A DNA stretch of 64,000 nucleotides, from the NCBI GenBank assembly GCA_964234715.1, contig OZ174289.1. One strand, written 5' to 3'. Below the pieces are notes generated by a model that worked only from the letters and a program-made list of their open reading frames with translations, did no database searches and had not been told where the DNA came from. Below are positions 1 to 12,549 of the stretch, one piece after another (the first letter of the stretch is position 1; each line of letters starts with the position of its first letter). The DNA comes from Podarcis melisellensis (taxonomy: Eukaryota). Position numbers and translations under genes: made by a program.

Positions 1-691
1 TCTTTGTGCAATTTTGCCTAATATATACATTTTAGCAGAGCAATTTTCCCTAATGTGTTGCATTTTTGAATGTTATTTTCACACACAAAATGCACTTTTC
101 AGTATACCTTAGCATATGCATTTTTGTGCTCATTACTTGGCTAGGGAACTGCATTGCAAAATTTAGAGAAGTGCATAATTTGAAGGGTGGCTGCCTTTCT
201 GTTTGCATATTTTTTCTGGAAGCATGAACTAGGCAAGGTCACCTTTAAATGTGAACCATCAAATTTCTCCTCCAGTCTTACTCCAGCAATGTAGCTGCAG
301 CAAACCTGGAGTAAATTCTATTTTGTTGAGGGGATAAACCACAATGGATGGGGTAGAGCCCCTCTGCTAGCTTCCTATCAGGTGGGTTGCTGCTGCTTAG
401 CAGGAGGGCGATGTGGGAATGCCTGCATGGTACAAACACACCAGCAGAGCCCATTCAGTGCTACTGTTGGATCATTTGCACTGCGTCAACTTCCTCACTT
501 GGTAAGCAGCAGTGACCCACCTACTCAGACACTAGAGTAGCTCTGCCCCACCTGATGAACCACTTCGGTAAAAATATATAAAAATATAATATTCCACAGT
601 GTATAACCCTGCTAGAGGAAAAGGCAGCTTATAATTAAAAAGTGTGGATTCTCCTTTCAGTTCAAGTTCAGTGTAGGCTCAATTTAGGTTA

Positions 692-1147
692 CAGTGGTAC
701 CTTGGTTCTCAAACTTAATCCGTTCCGGAAGTCCATTCCAAAACCAAAGCGTTCCAAAACCAAGGCACGCTTTCCCATAGAAAGTAGCAGAAAATGGATT
801 AATCCATTCCAGGCTTTTAAAAACAACCCCTAAAAGAAGCAATTTAACATGAATTTTACTATCTAGCAAGACCATTGATCCATAAAATGAAAGCAATAAA
901 CAATGTACTGCAGCCACACACAATCAATCAATCAGTAGCTGAACTGGGTTCCACACAGTCACAAAAACAACAAAGAGCCACAAAAACGCAAAATAAATAG
1001 TAAAAACAGATAAACCTCAGCTTAACACTCAAATTGGAAGCGTAACACTCCAAACGGAGCACGTTCAGCTTCCAAAAAAAGTTCGCAAACTGGAAAACTT
1101 ACTTCCGGGTTTGCAGTGTTTGGGTTCCAAGTTGTTTGAGAACCAAG
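692..1147. mobile_element. Tigger/pogo-like non-autonomous DNA transposon, right TIR truncated
   Basis: TA|CAGTGGTACCTTGGTTCTCAAAC at left; TTTGAGAACCAAG (inner part of the inverted repeat) at right. Confidence 0.7.
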
Positions 1148-2096
1148 CAGGCATTGACCTTAGAGCATTGGATTAGAACTGGGAGGACCCAGGTTCAAAT
1201 TATCCATGGAGCTCCTTGGGTGACTCTGGATCACTGAACGTTGTGTGAGGGTTGTGGCGAGGATTAACCGGAGAGAGGAAACCATGCATGGTTCCTTGAG
1301 CTACCTGGTGGAAGAGTGGGATATATACATATGATAATGAACAAGCCAAGATAACAATTGCCACGCTACTGATTCCATGATAGTGAGTCATGATCTGGGC
1401 ATGCCATGGATCTAGAGTAGCAAGTATGGTTTCCTGCAGATTTTGGACCAAAGCCACCCAGTTTGGCCAATGCTAAGAGATGCTGGAAGCAGTGGTCCAA
1501 CAAGATCTGGAGGGCAACACATTGGCTACCTTTGCCATAGATCATCCATGAGATGGGGCATTGGACTGATATCAACTCATCAAATATGCTGAAATGAGAG
1601 CTGTGCACATGATACAAAAGCTTAAAGGGGAACCAGCTTGCTCCCCCAATTCTACTCCTACATTTAGGTCTGTCAAACCCCCTGCTGGACTCTCAGCAGA
1701 CCATAAAAAATTCTGCTTGTTCTAGCTCTTCTCTCCATGCCATGGGGGAAGAGGGACAAAAGAAATCCTCTGTGTAGAAAAATGGGTTTCCCATGCAGGA
1801 AAAAGTCCTTACAGGGCCATCCACTGGGAAACAAAAAGGAGGCTTCTCTTCCTGAGCGAGTTCTCTGGAGAAGCCGTAAGGACTTGCTGGTGTGCAGCAA
1901 ACTATTTCAAAGGTCCTGTTAAGAGGGCAAGCATTTGTTCTATTCCTGTAAATTTACTGTTGCATCTTCTCCTCTTTAAAGTAGTTTAATGCATTTTAAT
2001 GACTGGATATGCCGCTTTGCAAAGTGGGGTGCTTATTATTTCCAGTCAAGGGACTGGAAAGCTTTTGAAATGAAAAACAACTTTTTTGCCTTTGTT

Positions 2097-2100
<4 letters not shown>

Positions 2101-2153
<53 letters not shown>
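2101..2153. repeat. (CT)n(CA)n compound microsatellite
   Basis: Direct reading. Confidence 0.95.
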
Positions 2154-3169
2154 AGTTCTCTAGGTTCCTTACAAGCTGCTGACAATCCCAATACTTGTAG
2201 CTCTGAAATGTGTTGGTTATCTTCAGAGGATTCCCTTCTCTCAGAGAAGCACTGCTGCTGCCAAGCGCCCATGACTGGAGGCTGCAAGTAGACACCAACC
2301 CCATGCAAAGTGAGACTGGCTCTGCCCCAATCTCCCTTTTTTGACATTTGCTAGCCAGGCTTTCATGAGGAAGCATTGCTCAGCAATCCTGGGAAGGACT
2401 TGCTTGCCTTATAATATGGTACATCGGATGCTGACTTATACTACTGACCCATCCAGGTCAGTATTGCCCCTCCCAGGCCTACCTGGAGGAGATGATGGGG
2501 ACTGAACCCGGAAACTCCTGCATGCACAGCAGTTGCCCTACCACTGAGCTAAAGCCCATCTTTATGCTTTTCTCTAGCGTTGCCTCCTGAAAACCTCCTC
2601 TCAGTGCACCTGAATCCCCCCCCCCCGGAACAGTATGTGCCGCTTTGCAGACTGCACATTGATTTGAAATCAAACATCCTCTAATAAAAAGATTACCCAT
2701 CATGAAAACCGCTGGACTAGCATGCATTGTTTGATGAGAGCGATTCTAGGGGATTATTGGTAGGGTTTAAATAGCCGCCGTGCCTGCTCATTTGTTTATT
2801 TGAGTTATTTATATCCACTTTTAATGACAGTTCTCAAGGCGGCTGACATGACCCAGGACTCCCAACTCCCCATCCTTAGAGGAAGAGGCTGGGAATACAG
2901 AGGAGTGTATCTCAGACCAGGCGCAGCCTTCGCCACCCCACCTTCCTCAGGAGTTCCAGCACCAGAGCAGCCCAGAAGCTGTGATAGAGGGATAAGAAAT
3001 AGCATTCCCAGGGCCTGAATGTAGCCCCACAGGGCTCGGTCCTGAGCGTTTTGGCCTGCCTGGGATGTGTCCTTGATGCTTTTTCCTTCTCTGGATGGAG
3101 GATCGAGACAAGGAGGCCACTGAGAAAACAGATCTAATCCAGTAAGCTCTTCCTATGTCCTTATGTAGC

Positions 3170-3500
3170 AATGGCTTCCAACTTGGATGGCTTTAAAAGA
3201 GGATTGGACAAATGCATGGAGGGTAAGGCGGTCAGTGACTACTGGCCCTGATGGCTACGCTCTGCCTCCATGGTTGGAGGCAGAGATGATTCTGGACGCC
3301 CGTTGCTGAAAAACTTCAGGAGGGGGAAGTGCTTGGGTTCTCCTGACACCCTCAGAGGGTGGTGGGCTCTCCTTCATTGCAGGTTGCTAAACAGAAGTTG
3401 GACAGCCATCTGCCAGGGATCCTTTGGCTGTGATTCCTGCACTGAAGGGTGTTGGACTAGAGGGTCCTCGGCAGCCCCTTCCAATTCTGCGATTCTGTGT
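3170..3500 (+). mobile_element. CR1 3'-end fragments
   Basis: GGATGGCTTTAAAAGAGGATTGGACAAAT..ATGGAGG and GGTTGGACTAGA...CCCTTCCAATTCTGCGATTCTGTG terminal motifs. Confidence 0.6.
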
Positions 3501-6500
3501 ATAATTCTGCAGCCCACTGCACAAAGGGGAAGCTTACATTAGTAGCTCTGACCACTTTTACCTCTGGCCCACTCAGCACAGGCATGTGGCCCTCAACAGG
3601 TTGACCTGTTGAGAATGTGGCCCTTGGGTCCCCCCAGCCTTGCTCCTGATGAAGAAAACAAAAACGCATTCCGAATTTTAAGGAGCAGAGTGGCTCTGTG
3701 GATGTGCTCTGCATAGGGATTTGTTTTCAGTGCCATAAAGTTAAGCTCACACAGCTCTTTTGCGTGAAAATCAACTCCTGTTTCTCCTCTAAATTTCCTC
3801 TTTTCGGTTATCTAATTTAGGGAAGGGGGAGATATGCCGCTGTTGCCATTCAGCTGACCTGTGATGTTTCGATTCAGGCTCCCTTCCCCTTCGCAGTAAT
3901 GGCAGCTGACAACTCTGCTCTTAGGATATCACAAGGGCAAACGGTGATCAGCTTTCACTGCCATCTGGATGGGGCTATTAAAAGAAGCAGGTCCAATTAA
4001 AAGGTTATTTGATGCTCCCATCACCATAGAGCCTATACAAAGGGACACTGTGCATTTCAGAGCAGGTAGGTAGATCTGAATTCCTGAGGTCTGGCAGCAT
4101 CTTGTTCCCTCCTCTGTTCAGATCTGCTTTATTTTATGCTTTGTCTGAGAACTGAACTTGCCAACACACTAGCATTGAAGGAAACCTGCCTCTTAATTCC
4201 CATAGTTGCCAACAAAATTTTAAATATTTTCTTCCCCTTCTAGAATCAGGCATTGTTCAAACATGCTTTGCTCCAAGAATAAAAATATACAAAATGTAAT
4301 AAAATTAAGTATCTGAATAAATGAAGGATTTTTTGAAAGATGGATTCCAAAGTTCTCTGAATTAAAAGAGCTTAGCATCTTCAAGTATTTTGTTGTTGTT
4401 ACTGTAATGTGATAAACACTGGGATGCATTTAACTGAGATTTCTGCTAAGGGTCAGCAACTGGCAGCCTATGTGTGGAACCTGGCCCCCTGAGGAATGTA
4501 GCTTGCCTTTCCCCATCTTTCAATTCAGGGACAGAATATGAAGTATTGAAGTGGGCCTAGCCTTGGCACTCTTGTGGTTCGTCTCCAAACTCCTTTTTAC
4601 CAGGATATCCTCTCAGCTAGTCACTAACAATCCAAATCAACATTAAGAAAGTATCTGTCCATGACAAGAAAGTCAAACTGGCTTCCACACAAACTGGCAT
4701 TTCCCTTCTCCACCTCCAGGTCTACTGTATGACTGTTAACAGCTGCCAGATCGGTGTGCAGCTCCCCTTTGTGGTGAACCATTGAACTGCAGCACACAGC
4801 TTCTCAGAAGAAGAAGACCTTTAGGCTCTGGATTGACTCTCCCCAACCCAGCTGACCACTGGATCTTCCTGCTCACGCTGGGGCAACAAGATATCTTTGG
4901 TTAGCCATTGGACCTGCCTTGCCCACAACCCCACCTCCTAACTTGTCACATTCTGGTTTTAATTTGTACAAGGCAAAGGAACAATTCAATGGCAGATGCT
5001 ACCAGAACAATCTCAAGCTTAGCAGGTGCCTGCAAAAGTCCTGAAAAAATAATGGGATATTCCGACCTTGTGACAGCATGCATTTCAGTTGTTTTAATAC
5101 TAACTCCAAGAGTGACTATTTCTGAATGTACTCTAATCCGTTTTCCTTTAGCTCAGCCAAGAAAAGCAACTGAATCTTACTTGGAAAGTTATTACATACA
5201 CCAATGACACAAAGGGGGAGGGAGTATAATTGGCTTTGCCAGCCCAGCTTCAACTCATGAGCAGAAGGTGTGTTTTCCTTGGCAGAAAACACACAACCAC
5301 ATCCCTTTCCCATGGTCAACAATATCCATCATCTAAACCTCTCCCAGGTCAGTACTTCCACCTGCTCTATAATAATCCCTACCTAGAGTGACCAGGTTAT
5401 CACCTGGGTATTCCCCCTTTCCCAACTGAGTATCAAGTTTTAAAAGATAGGCATAAAAGCCAGGGCTTTCCCCATCAATCTTCACACACCTGTATCCTTG
5501 CTCACTAGACTCACCTGCATAGCTCCCCTGTGTGGTGGGCCACTGAATTGCTACTGCCAGCTTCTCAGTGCAAGAGCCACCTCTGGGCTCCCTCTCCCCA
5601 CCCAGACCACTGAAACTTGGCAACAGGCAGTATTCTCAGGTAAGGGTCACTGCTGCCCGTGCCTGGCCCCTTTTTCCAGTACTCTAATGCACAGCTGTCA
5701 TTGCAAGTGTCTACAGTGCCCAGTACTGATTGTGTTTCAGAGCACTGCAGGAAATAAGAACTGTGGTTGCCAGGTACATATCAGAGAAGAGCTGCCTTCA
5801 TCTTCTTCATTGTTACCTGGAGAGCCTATCTGCCTGCGCAGCAGATATAATTAGGATGTGGAGGAGGAGGTGACATACTAAAGACCAACTCAAACTAGGA
5901 GTTAGGATGGAGAGCTTCCCAAAGCACCATGGGTGAATAGGCAGCAGGTAGTTGCCTTAACCTCTGGTTTAGTAGTCAAGCCCACTTTAAATAACAAGAG
6001 AAACAAAGCACTTCCAATCTGAGGACTTCACCTATGAATCTTCTCATTGCTCAGTGACTCATTGCTCAGTGACTGCCATGTTGAGTGACAAATTGCATGT
6101 GGGGCCAGAACTTTCGATCACCTTCCCAACAAAGTTATTTTGCACAAATGCAAAGTTTCCAAGGGCTGCTCAAGGAGGTTGCGGCAGCCAGTGTCAATTT
6201 GTATGTGTGAATGGGCCGTTGCCAGGCCTAGCAGAACTTCCCTCTCACCTTGCCTGGCAGCCTTGTGTCTGCTGCAGTGGCTGGGATCATGAGCAATAAA
6301 GCCCCAGATTCAAGCCTCACCAGACTCTCTCTCTCAGCCTCAGTCTCCCCGTCTGTAATACAGTGATAAGGAAACTCGCCTACTTTCCCCAGGTAATTAT
6401 TGCAGGGATTATCTGGATTTTGTCTAAACACATGCAGCAACAGAACAAGGTGGGATGAGAAGGGGAGCCCAGGTGGAAAGGGTGTGTGTGTGTTATATTT

Positions 6501-6757
6501 TCAGAGACTCCACAGTGCAAAAACCTCCCCATAAAAAGGGAAAACCAGCACAGAAGCCAAAAGCCAGGAAGCCGGGGGTTCCCCACCACCCGGGGGTTCC
6601 CCACCACCAATTTGCAGGTAATTGTTTCCTCCCCCAGTTGGGAGAAGGATTCCAAAGCAATATCCAAAGTGGTACAGTCCATTTCTGCTGCATGCACAGG
6701 CCCAGCCTAGGACAACGTAGAACTCTGAAACACACAATATGAATTTTGGAGTTTGGG

Positions 6758-6782
6758 GTGTGTGTGTGTGTGTGTGTGTGTG
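6758..6782. repeat. (GT)n microsatellite
   Basis: Direct reading. Confidence 0.95.
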
Positions 6783-9767
6783 TTGCAGCAAAGTGCAGAA
6801 ATAAATAGTCTGGTAAGACGGCTAACTGAAAGAATAAATAACCTGAAGGCGTGATACTCCTGGCAAACAAAGCCATTCTGAGTACAAGCTGATATGTGGC
6901 CATCATGAAGTCATTAGTGTAACCAACTGAAGGCACAGCGCTAACCGACTGAAGGAGGAAGGAAATAATGCCTGAGAAAACAATCTACAGGTAGTCACTT
7001 AAGAACAAATCAGCCAGGGAATAGGATACCTTTATGCCTTCCGCCCCCTACTGGTTCTGGTAACTTATTGCAATTACTGTTGCTGTACCCTTGATAATGA
7101 ACACCGACTGTTTTCAGTGGTTGTCGGTTCCCACGCTCCTTTGAAAGTCAACAAGTGCAGTGACAACAAGCGACAGGGTGGTGGTGGACGTGGGCGATTC
7201 AATCCCACGTTTCCCTGGTGCTGTAGATTTTACAGAGGAACTTGTGCTCAGACCTGGATGCAATGGCTAGAGCAGAGGAAAAACTGTAAGGGGCCAAGCA
7301 ATTTCTAATGCTACAATCACTGGACTTGATAGCTGGTGTATAATTACAGAATACGAGAAACCAGGTGGCACAGTGCAGAGATGGAGGGGTTCTGTGGACC
7401 TTCGTATGTCATTCCACTTCAGCTCTCATCAGTCCCACTTCTTCACCCTTGGCAAAGTGCTAAATTGGGACCTGCTCAGCCATGGAACTAAGTGGGTGAC
7501 TAGGGGCCAGTGACTGCCTAGCCTACCTTGAAGGATAAAATGGAGGTGAGGGAAGAAGCAGGTATACTACTGCAAGCTCCTTGGAGGAAAGGCAGGATAT
7601 AAATGTTGCCCAGGTGAAGCAGCCCAGATCTTGAAGTCTATATCAGAGGCCCTTCTCTGTGTGGCTCACCCAAGTTAGGTATGGAGGGTGGCTGCATGAC
7701 CTTTTCAGTGGTGGCTCCTCCCCAGGGAAACACGCCTGCCATTACCATTATCAGGGTTTTAGGCACTAGGCTAAGACCTTTTCCTTCATTCAAGCCTTTG
7801 GTAACTAAGGCCCCATCGGCATTATTTAAAGCAGTGACATACCACTTCAAACAGTCATGGTTTCCACCAGAGAAACCTAGGAACTGTCGTTTGTAACGGC
7901 ACTTAGAGAGAGCTAAGATTCTGAGTGGTGCAACCATCAATCCCTCTTTTTAGGCAACTCTGGGGATTCTGACCCTCTGTGAGGAGAACAGCGGTCTCCT
8001 AACAACTCTCAGCACCCTTAACAAACTATACTTTCCCAGGATTATTTGTGGAAGCCCCCGTGGTCAAAAGGGGTGTGGCACTGCTTCAAATGTATAGCAC
8101 AGATGCCTCTATGGCAGTCATGGGCATAGCCAGGATTTTTGTTAAGGGGAGAAGGACTTGATTGCGGGGGGGGGGCAGAACCGATGTGATTGGTTAGCTA
8201 GTTAAATATTTTTATTGTTTTACTTGATCTAGGGGGAAGCTGCCCCCCCCTGCCCCCCTTGGGTGGGATGCATAAGACTTGTCATTATTATGTTACTATA
8301 CCTTGTTTTAAATTTTCTGGCTTTAATCGTTTTTTTTATCCACTGCTTAACCTCTTGTTCAGTTAAAGCCTTCTTTTTTTCTACTCTTTTTTTGCAAAAT
8401 GCTCCCAACAAATGTAATAAATAATAGCAATGTTATATACACAGGGAATTAAGTTCTGCACCTCCTGCTCTGTTTTGCTCAATTGTCTTTTGCTTCAGTA
8501 AAAGAAAGAAAGAAAGAAAGACCCCTCACACTTACCCAACTTCAAAAAGTTTCACATATAAAGTTCCCAGGAAACAAAACTATACGAAGCAATTAGAGAC
8601 AGTGCCTTTCAAAGTCTACAAAGCAATGTGAACTTTGTAATTGCCCTTGAGGAAGGATAAGGTACACTGGCACTTCAGTCTGAAATCCCAACCCTGCTCC
8701 TAAGAAGTGAGCTGATTATATACCTCTCCAAAGGGTTTTTAAACTGGAGAGGAGTGCCTCATTATTGGGTGTACAAATGGGACAATTGCAGCCTTCCATA
8801 TGCTCTGTTATTATTATTATTTTTTTAAAGGAGAAAGGCAAGAGAAGATGCTGAAGAGAAGAAAAACATAATTTTGCCACAAGCTAGTCCTTTGCCATAA
8901 GAAATAAATGCTGGCTGGGAGGAGTTGCTGGAGGAAGATAACAAGCGAAGGCTCTCTGCGCAGAGGCAGAGCTAGCTGCTCTGGCACCTGGAGTGGCGCA
9001 CATGCTGTGCACCCGGGGGTGGGGCTACCTGCCCGCAGGGGCAGGGCGAGCATCCCAGGGGGTGGGGGCGATGTCACCCAGGGCGGACTGCCCCCACCGC
9101 ACCCCTGTCCTCCGCCAGTGTCTCTGCAGAGAAGTAAAGTTCCCATTTCATCACATTGAGGCTCCTCAACTCAATGAAACATTCAATATACCCAAAGATC
9201 AACTCCCTACAATTCTTCTCTCCCACCCCCCACCCCCCCGCATTGTTTTCTTTGCTTTCACTTGATGTCTGTTTTTTTCTCTCTCTCTCTCCCTGTCTCT
9301 GCCCGGTGCTCTTTACTGCTTCCCGGTGATTTAAAAACTGAATCATCCAGGAGATTTCAACCTTAGGCACACCTTTTTAGCAGAATGGGTCCTACTCTCT
9401 AGTCCTGAGATGCTCAGCTGTGTATTACAAACATAGGCATGCTGCACACACAAGTTTCCTTGGTTAGCTATAGGCCTTTCTTCAAATTACTTAGGGGTTT
9501 ACTGGGAGAAGGACCTTGGTGGCTGACACTGCCATGCTGTCAAAAATTAGGCTCTTCCTGAAGCCTTGAGAACTGAAAGCAAATGGGACAGAACAAGGGT
9601 AGGAACCTTTTCAGATTGAAGAGGACATTCCCCTCTAGGCAATGTGCCAGGAGTAGGCAAAAGTGGGCAGAGGAATCAATGCAAAATTTACCTTTGTACA
9701 GTTGGTTAGGTTTCTACAAGCAGGCACACACCTTTTTATCCTCCACCCAGGTACGTACAACTCATTA

Positions 9768-10004
9768 CAGTGGTACCTCGGGTTACATACGCTTCAGTTT
9801 ACAGACGCTTCAGGTTACAGACTCTGCCAACCTATAAATATTACCTCAGGTTAAGAACTTTGCAGGATGAGAACAGAAATCGCACAGCAGCGGTGTGGCG
9901 GCAGCAGGAGGCCCCATTAGCTAAAGTGGTAGCTCAGGTTAAGAACAGTTTCAGGTTAAGAACGGACCTCCAGAACGAATTAAGTTCTTAACCCGGTACC
10001 ACTG
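9768..10004. mobile_element. Tigger/pogo-like MITE
   Basis: TIRs CAGTGGTACC / GGTACCACTG flanked by TA dinucleotide TSD; same family as 20311-20551. Confidence 0.85.
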
Positions 10005-12177
10005 TATCGGGGGGGGGGGGGTGTTCCCAGCCAGGGGGGGAAACTACTCCAGGAGAGTGAGGGCTGATAATGGGTCTGGTTCTGGAGGGTTTGTGACCTG
10101 GGAAGAATCACAAAGGCCACATGACGAGATGGGGAGGATTTGGCCCCTGGGCTGAGACTTCCCCATCCCAGAGACAAAGACAAACTGGCTTGCTTAGTGT
10201 GATCCATAAGCCTTTAAAATGGTCCCCTAAGGCAGAGCTTTCTAAGCTCTTCATGTCTGTGTTTTAATTGTTTATTTCACTCTTATTGTTTAATTTTGGT
10301 GCTGTTGTTTCTTTCTCCTCAGTGTCAGTTTGAGTAAAAGTGTTGTTATTATTCTGCCAGACATATGTGTGTGGCATTTTACAACATACACGCAGGCGTT
10401 TCAATCTGTAATTCAACACAAGAAGGAAGAAAAGTTTAGACGGCATGAACAGGGGAAGAATATGCAAATTATTTCAATCATCTGTACTTTTAAGCTTAGT
10501 TAAATCAAATAAATACAGACAGAAAAATGAATGAAATAAATTATCATTCTTGGTATTTGCCACCAGTCTGGTTTTCCCTCACACATCTGCACCCAGACAG
10601 AGACTTTAAAGCTGTTGTCGACAAGTTCCCTTTCACACCTACTCCGATTTGCCATCCTCAAAGCAATCTCATGGTCAATTTATTATTGGAGGAAAGTTGG
10701 AGTCAAGAGACTCTGGTTCCCTCTTAGGGATCTCATCCCTGTCTAAAGATCTGATCAGATGCATTGCACACACGCCAGGAAACGTTTCTCTGCATTGCAC
10801 TGTCTCTGCAATTCATGCTTGTGTGTTCCGGCTATTACATTTCCTACAGATCCAGGGTCCTTAGACTGTGCTGAGCCTAAATCTTCTTCTAAAAAGCCCC
10901 TTTTTCAGCTCTCACCCTACATGCAGACAGGATTTTATTTCTAAAAACCAGAAATGATGGCTGGGCACACAGAGGTTTCTCTGAAGACTTGTTTTCCTAA
11001 TGGGACTCCAGACAATGAGGGGGACGCTCTGCACAAACTCAGGGGCATGAACTGGAACTGCACAATCTTATACATATACAGTGAGAAAATAAATTCCACT
11101 GAGTTCGTGAGACGTACTGCCAAGGAAGTGTGTTTGGGAGTGCAGCCCAAATCACTTTCCCTATCAGCTGTAGATTGCTTGCACGGGCTGGGGGTTGGAC
11201 TAGAGGACCTCTGAGGTTCCTTCCAATTCTGCAGCTCTGTGTCCCTCCTCTGCCAAAAGGTTTGCAATTGGGGGTGGGGTAGAAACATTTGTGGGCTAAT
11301 TTACAGTGATGCCCTAAGCGAAAGGTGCTTTCTCCCTACTTTCTTTTGGGAACAAAGAAGGCAACAATAAAGGGAAAGGAGGAACTGGAACGTGCGCACT
11401 CAAAGAAGCCCCGAAGTGGAACATAAGGAACATAGAAAACTGGCTTACCAAGTCAGATCATTGATCCATCTAGCTTAATGTTGTCTGCACTGACTGGCAG
11501 CAGCTCCCCAAGGTTTCAAACAGGAATCTCTCTAAGCCCTACCTGGGACTGAACCTGGGACCTTCTGCAGGTAAAGCAGGTGCTCCAGGACTGGGCTATG
11601 ACCCTTCCTGGAACGGGACGTGCATCTTTTTTTGTGTGGTTAGCACTGAGTACTCCAAGAAGGAGGGCAAACTTCCAGGCCAAGCTAAAAAAAGGGGTCC
11701 CTATAGACAAATGGCAACTTAAGACTGATAGCTGCTGCTGCTGCAGCAGCACATAGTGCTTCTTTCGTCTTGTTTGCACGGGGATGTTGTATGCACCCTC
11801 CTATACCTTTAAGTCACGTTCTTTCCCTTAAATAATCCTGGACACGGTAGTTTGTGAAAGGCTGCTGGGAACTGTAACTCCGTGAGGAGTAAACTGCAGT
11901 GCTCGGGATTCCTCGAGGGAAGAACCTGGGTGTTCTTATAAACCCGTACGCAAAAGCAGAGCTCTGGGGTTTTCTTCTGAGTAAACGTGCCTGTAACCTT
12001 GAGCAATCGTAAATGCGCTTCTTAGGGATCAGGCAGCCCCCCCCATTGAATAAAGTGGGAATTGCTTCTCTATGGGCATGCGCTGTCAGCTATGGGTTTT
12101 TCGGAAGCCCTGGGTTTGAAAACCGGCTGTATCATTAAACACACGAGGTGCTCTTCGCTAGGAAATTCCCTCTGAGC

Positions 12178-12302
12178 TAAGGTTACCAGACGTCCCTGTT
12201 TCCCGGGGACAGTCCCCGGATTTACAAATCAGCCCCCATACAAAATCCACTGAGGTTGAAAAGTGTCCCCGGATTCATTGGGGAAAAAATCTGGTAACCT
12301 TA
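12178..12302. mobile_element. hAT-type MITE in MTNR1C intron 1
   Basis: Perfect 13-bp TIR TAAGGTTACCAGA/TCTGGTAACCTTA and perfect 8-bp TSD CTCTGAGC (12170-12177, 12303-12310). Confidence 0.9.
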
Positions 12303-12549
12303 CTCTGAGCTTCAACTCTCTTCCCCGCCCCGCCCCATCCCGTAATATGGGAGTGGAGGATAATAAACCTGGGCTGCCTTACAGAATTGCTGTCAGGGAT
12401 TATAAAGTCAAGTAGGTGTGAATGACTTTAAACACTTTAAAAGCCAACTACTGCAGTAAACATGCAGTAAACCACTATGACCTGTCTCCCCTTGATGTAC
12501 ATTATTGTCTTACCAAGAGACGAGACACTTACCATACTTTTGTACAGCT

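Noticed and set aside
1989-2376. ORFs with SLSL/THTH/CVCV/RERE runs (also near 6500-6900, 24200, 29400, 39000, 41600)
   Set aside because: Translations of microsatellites.
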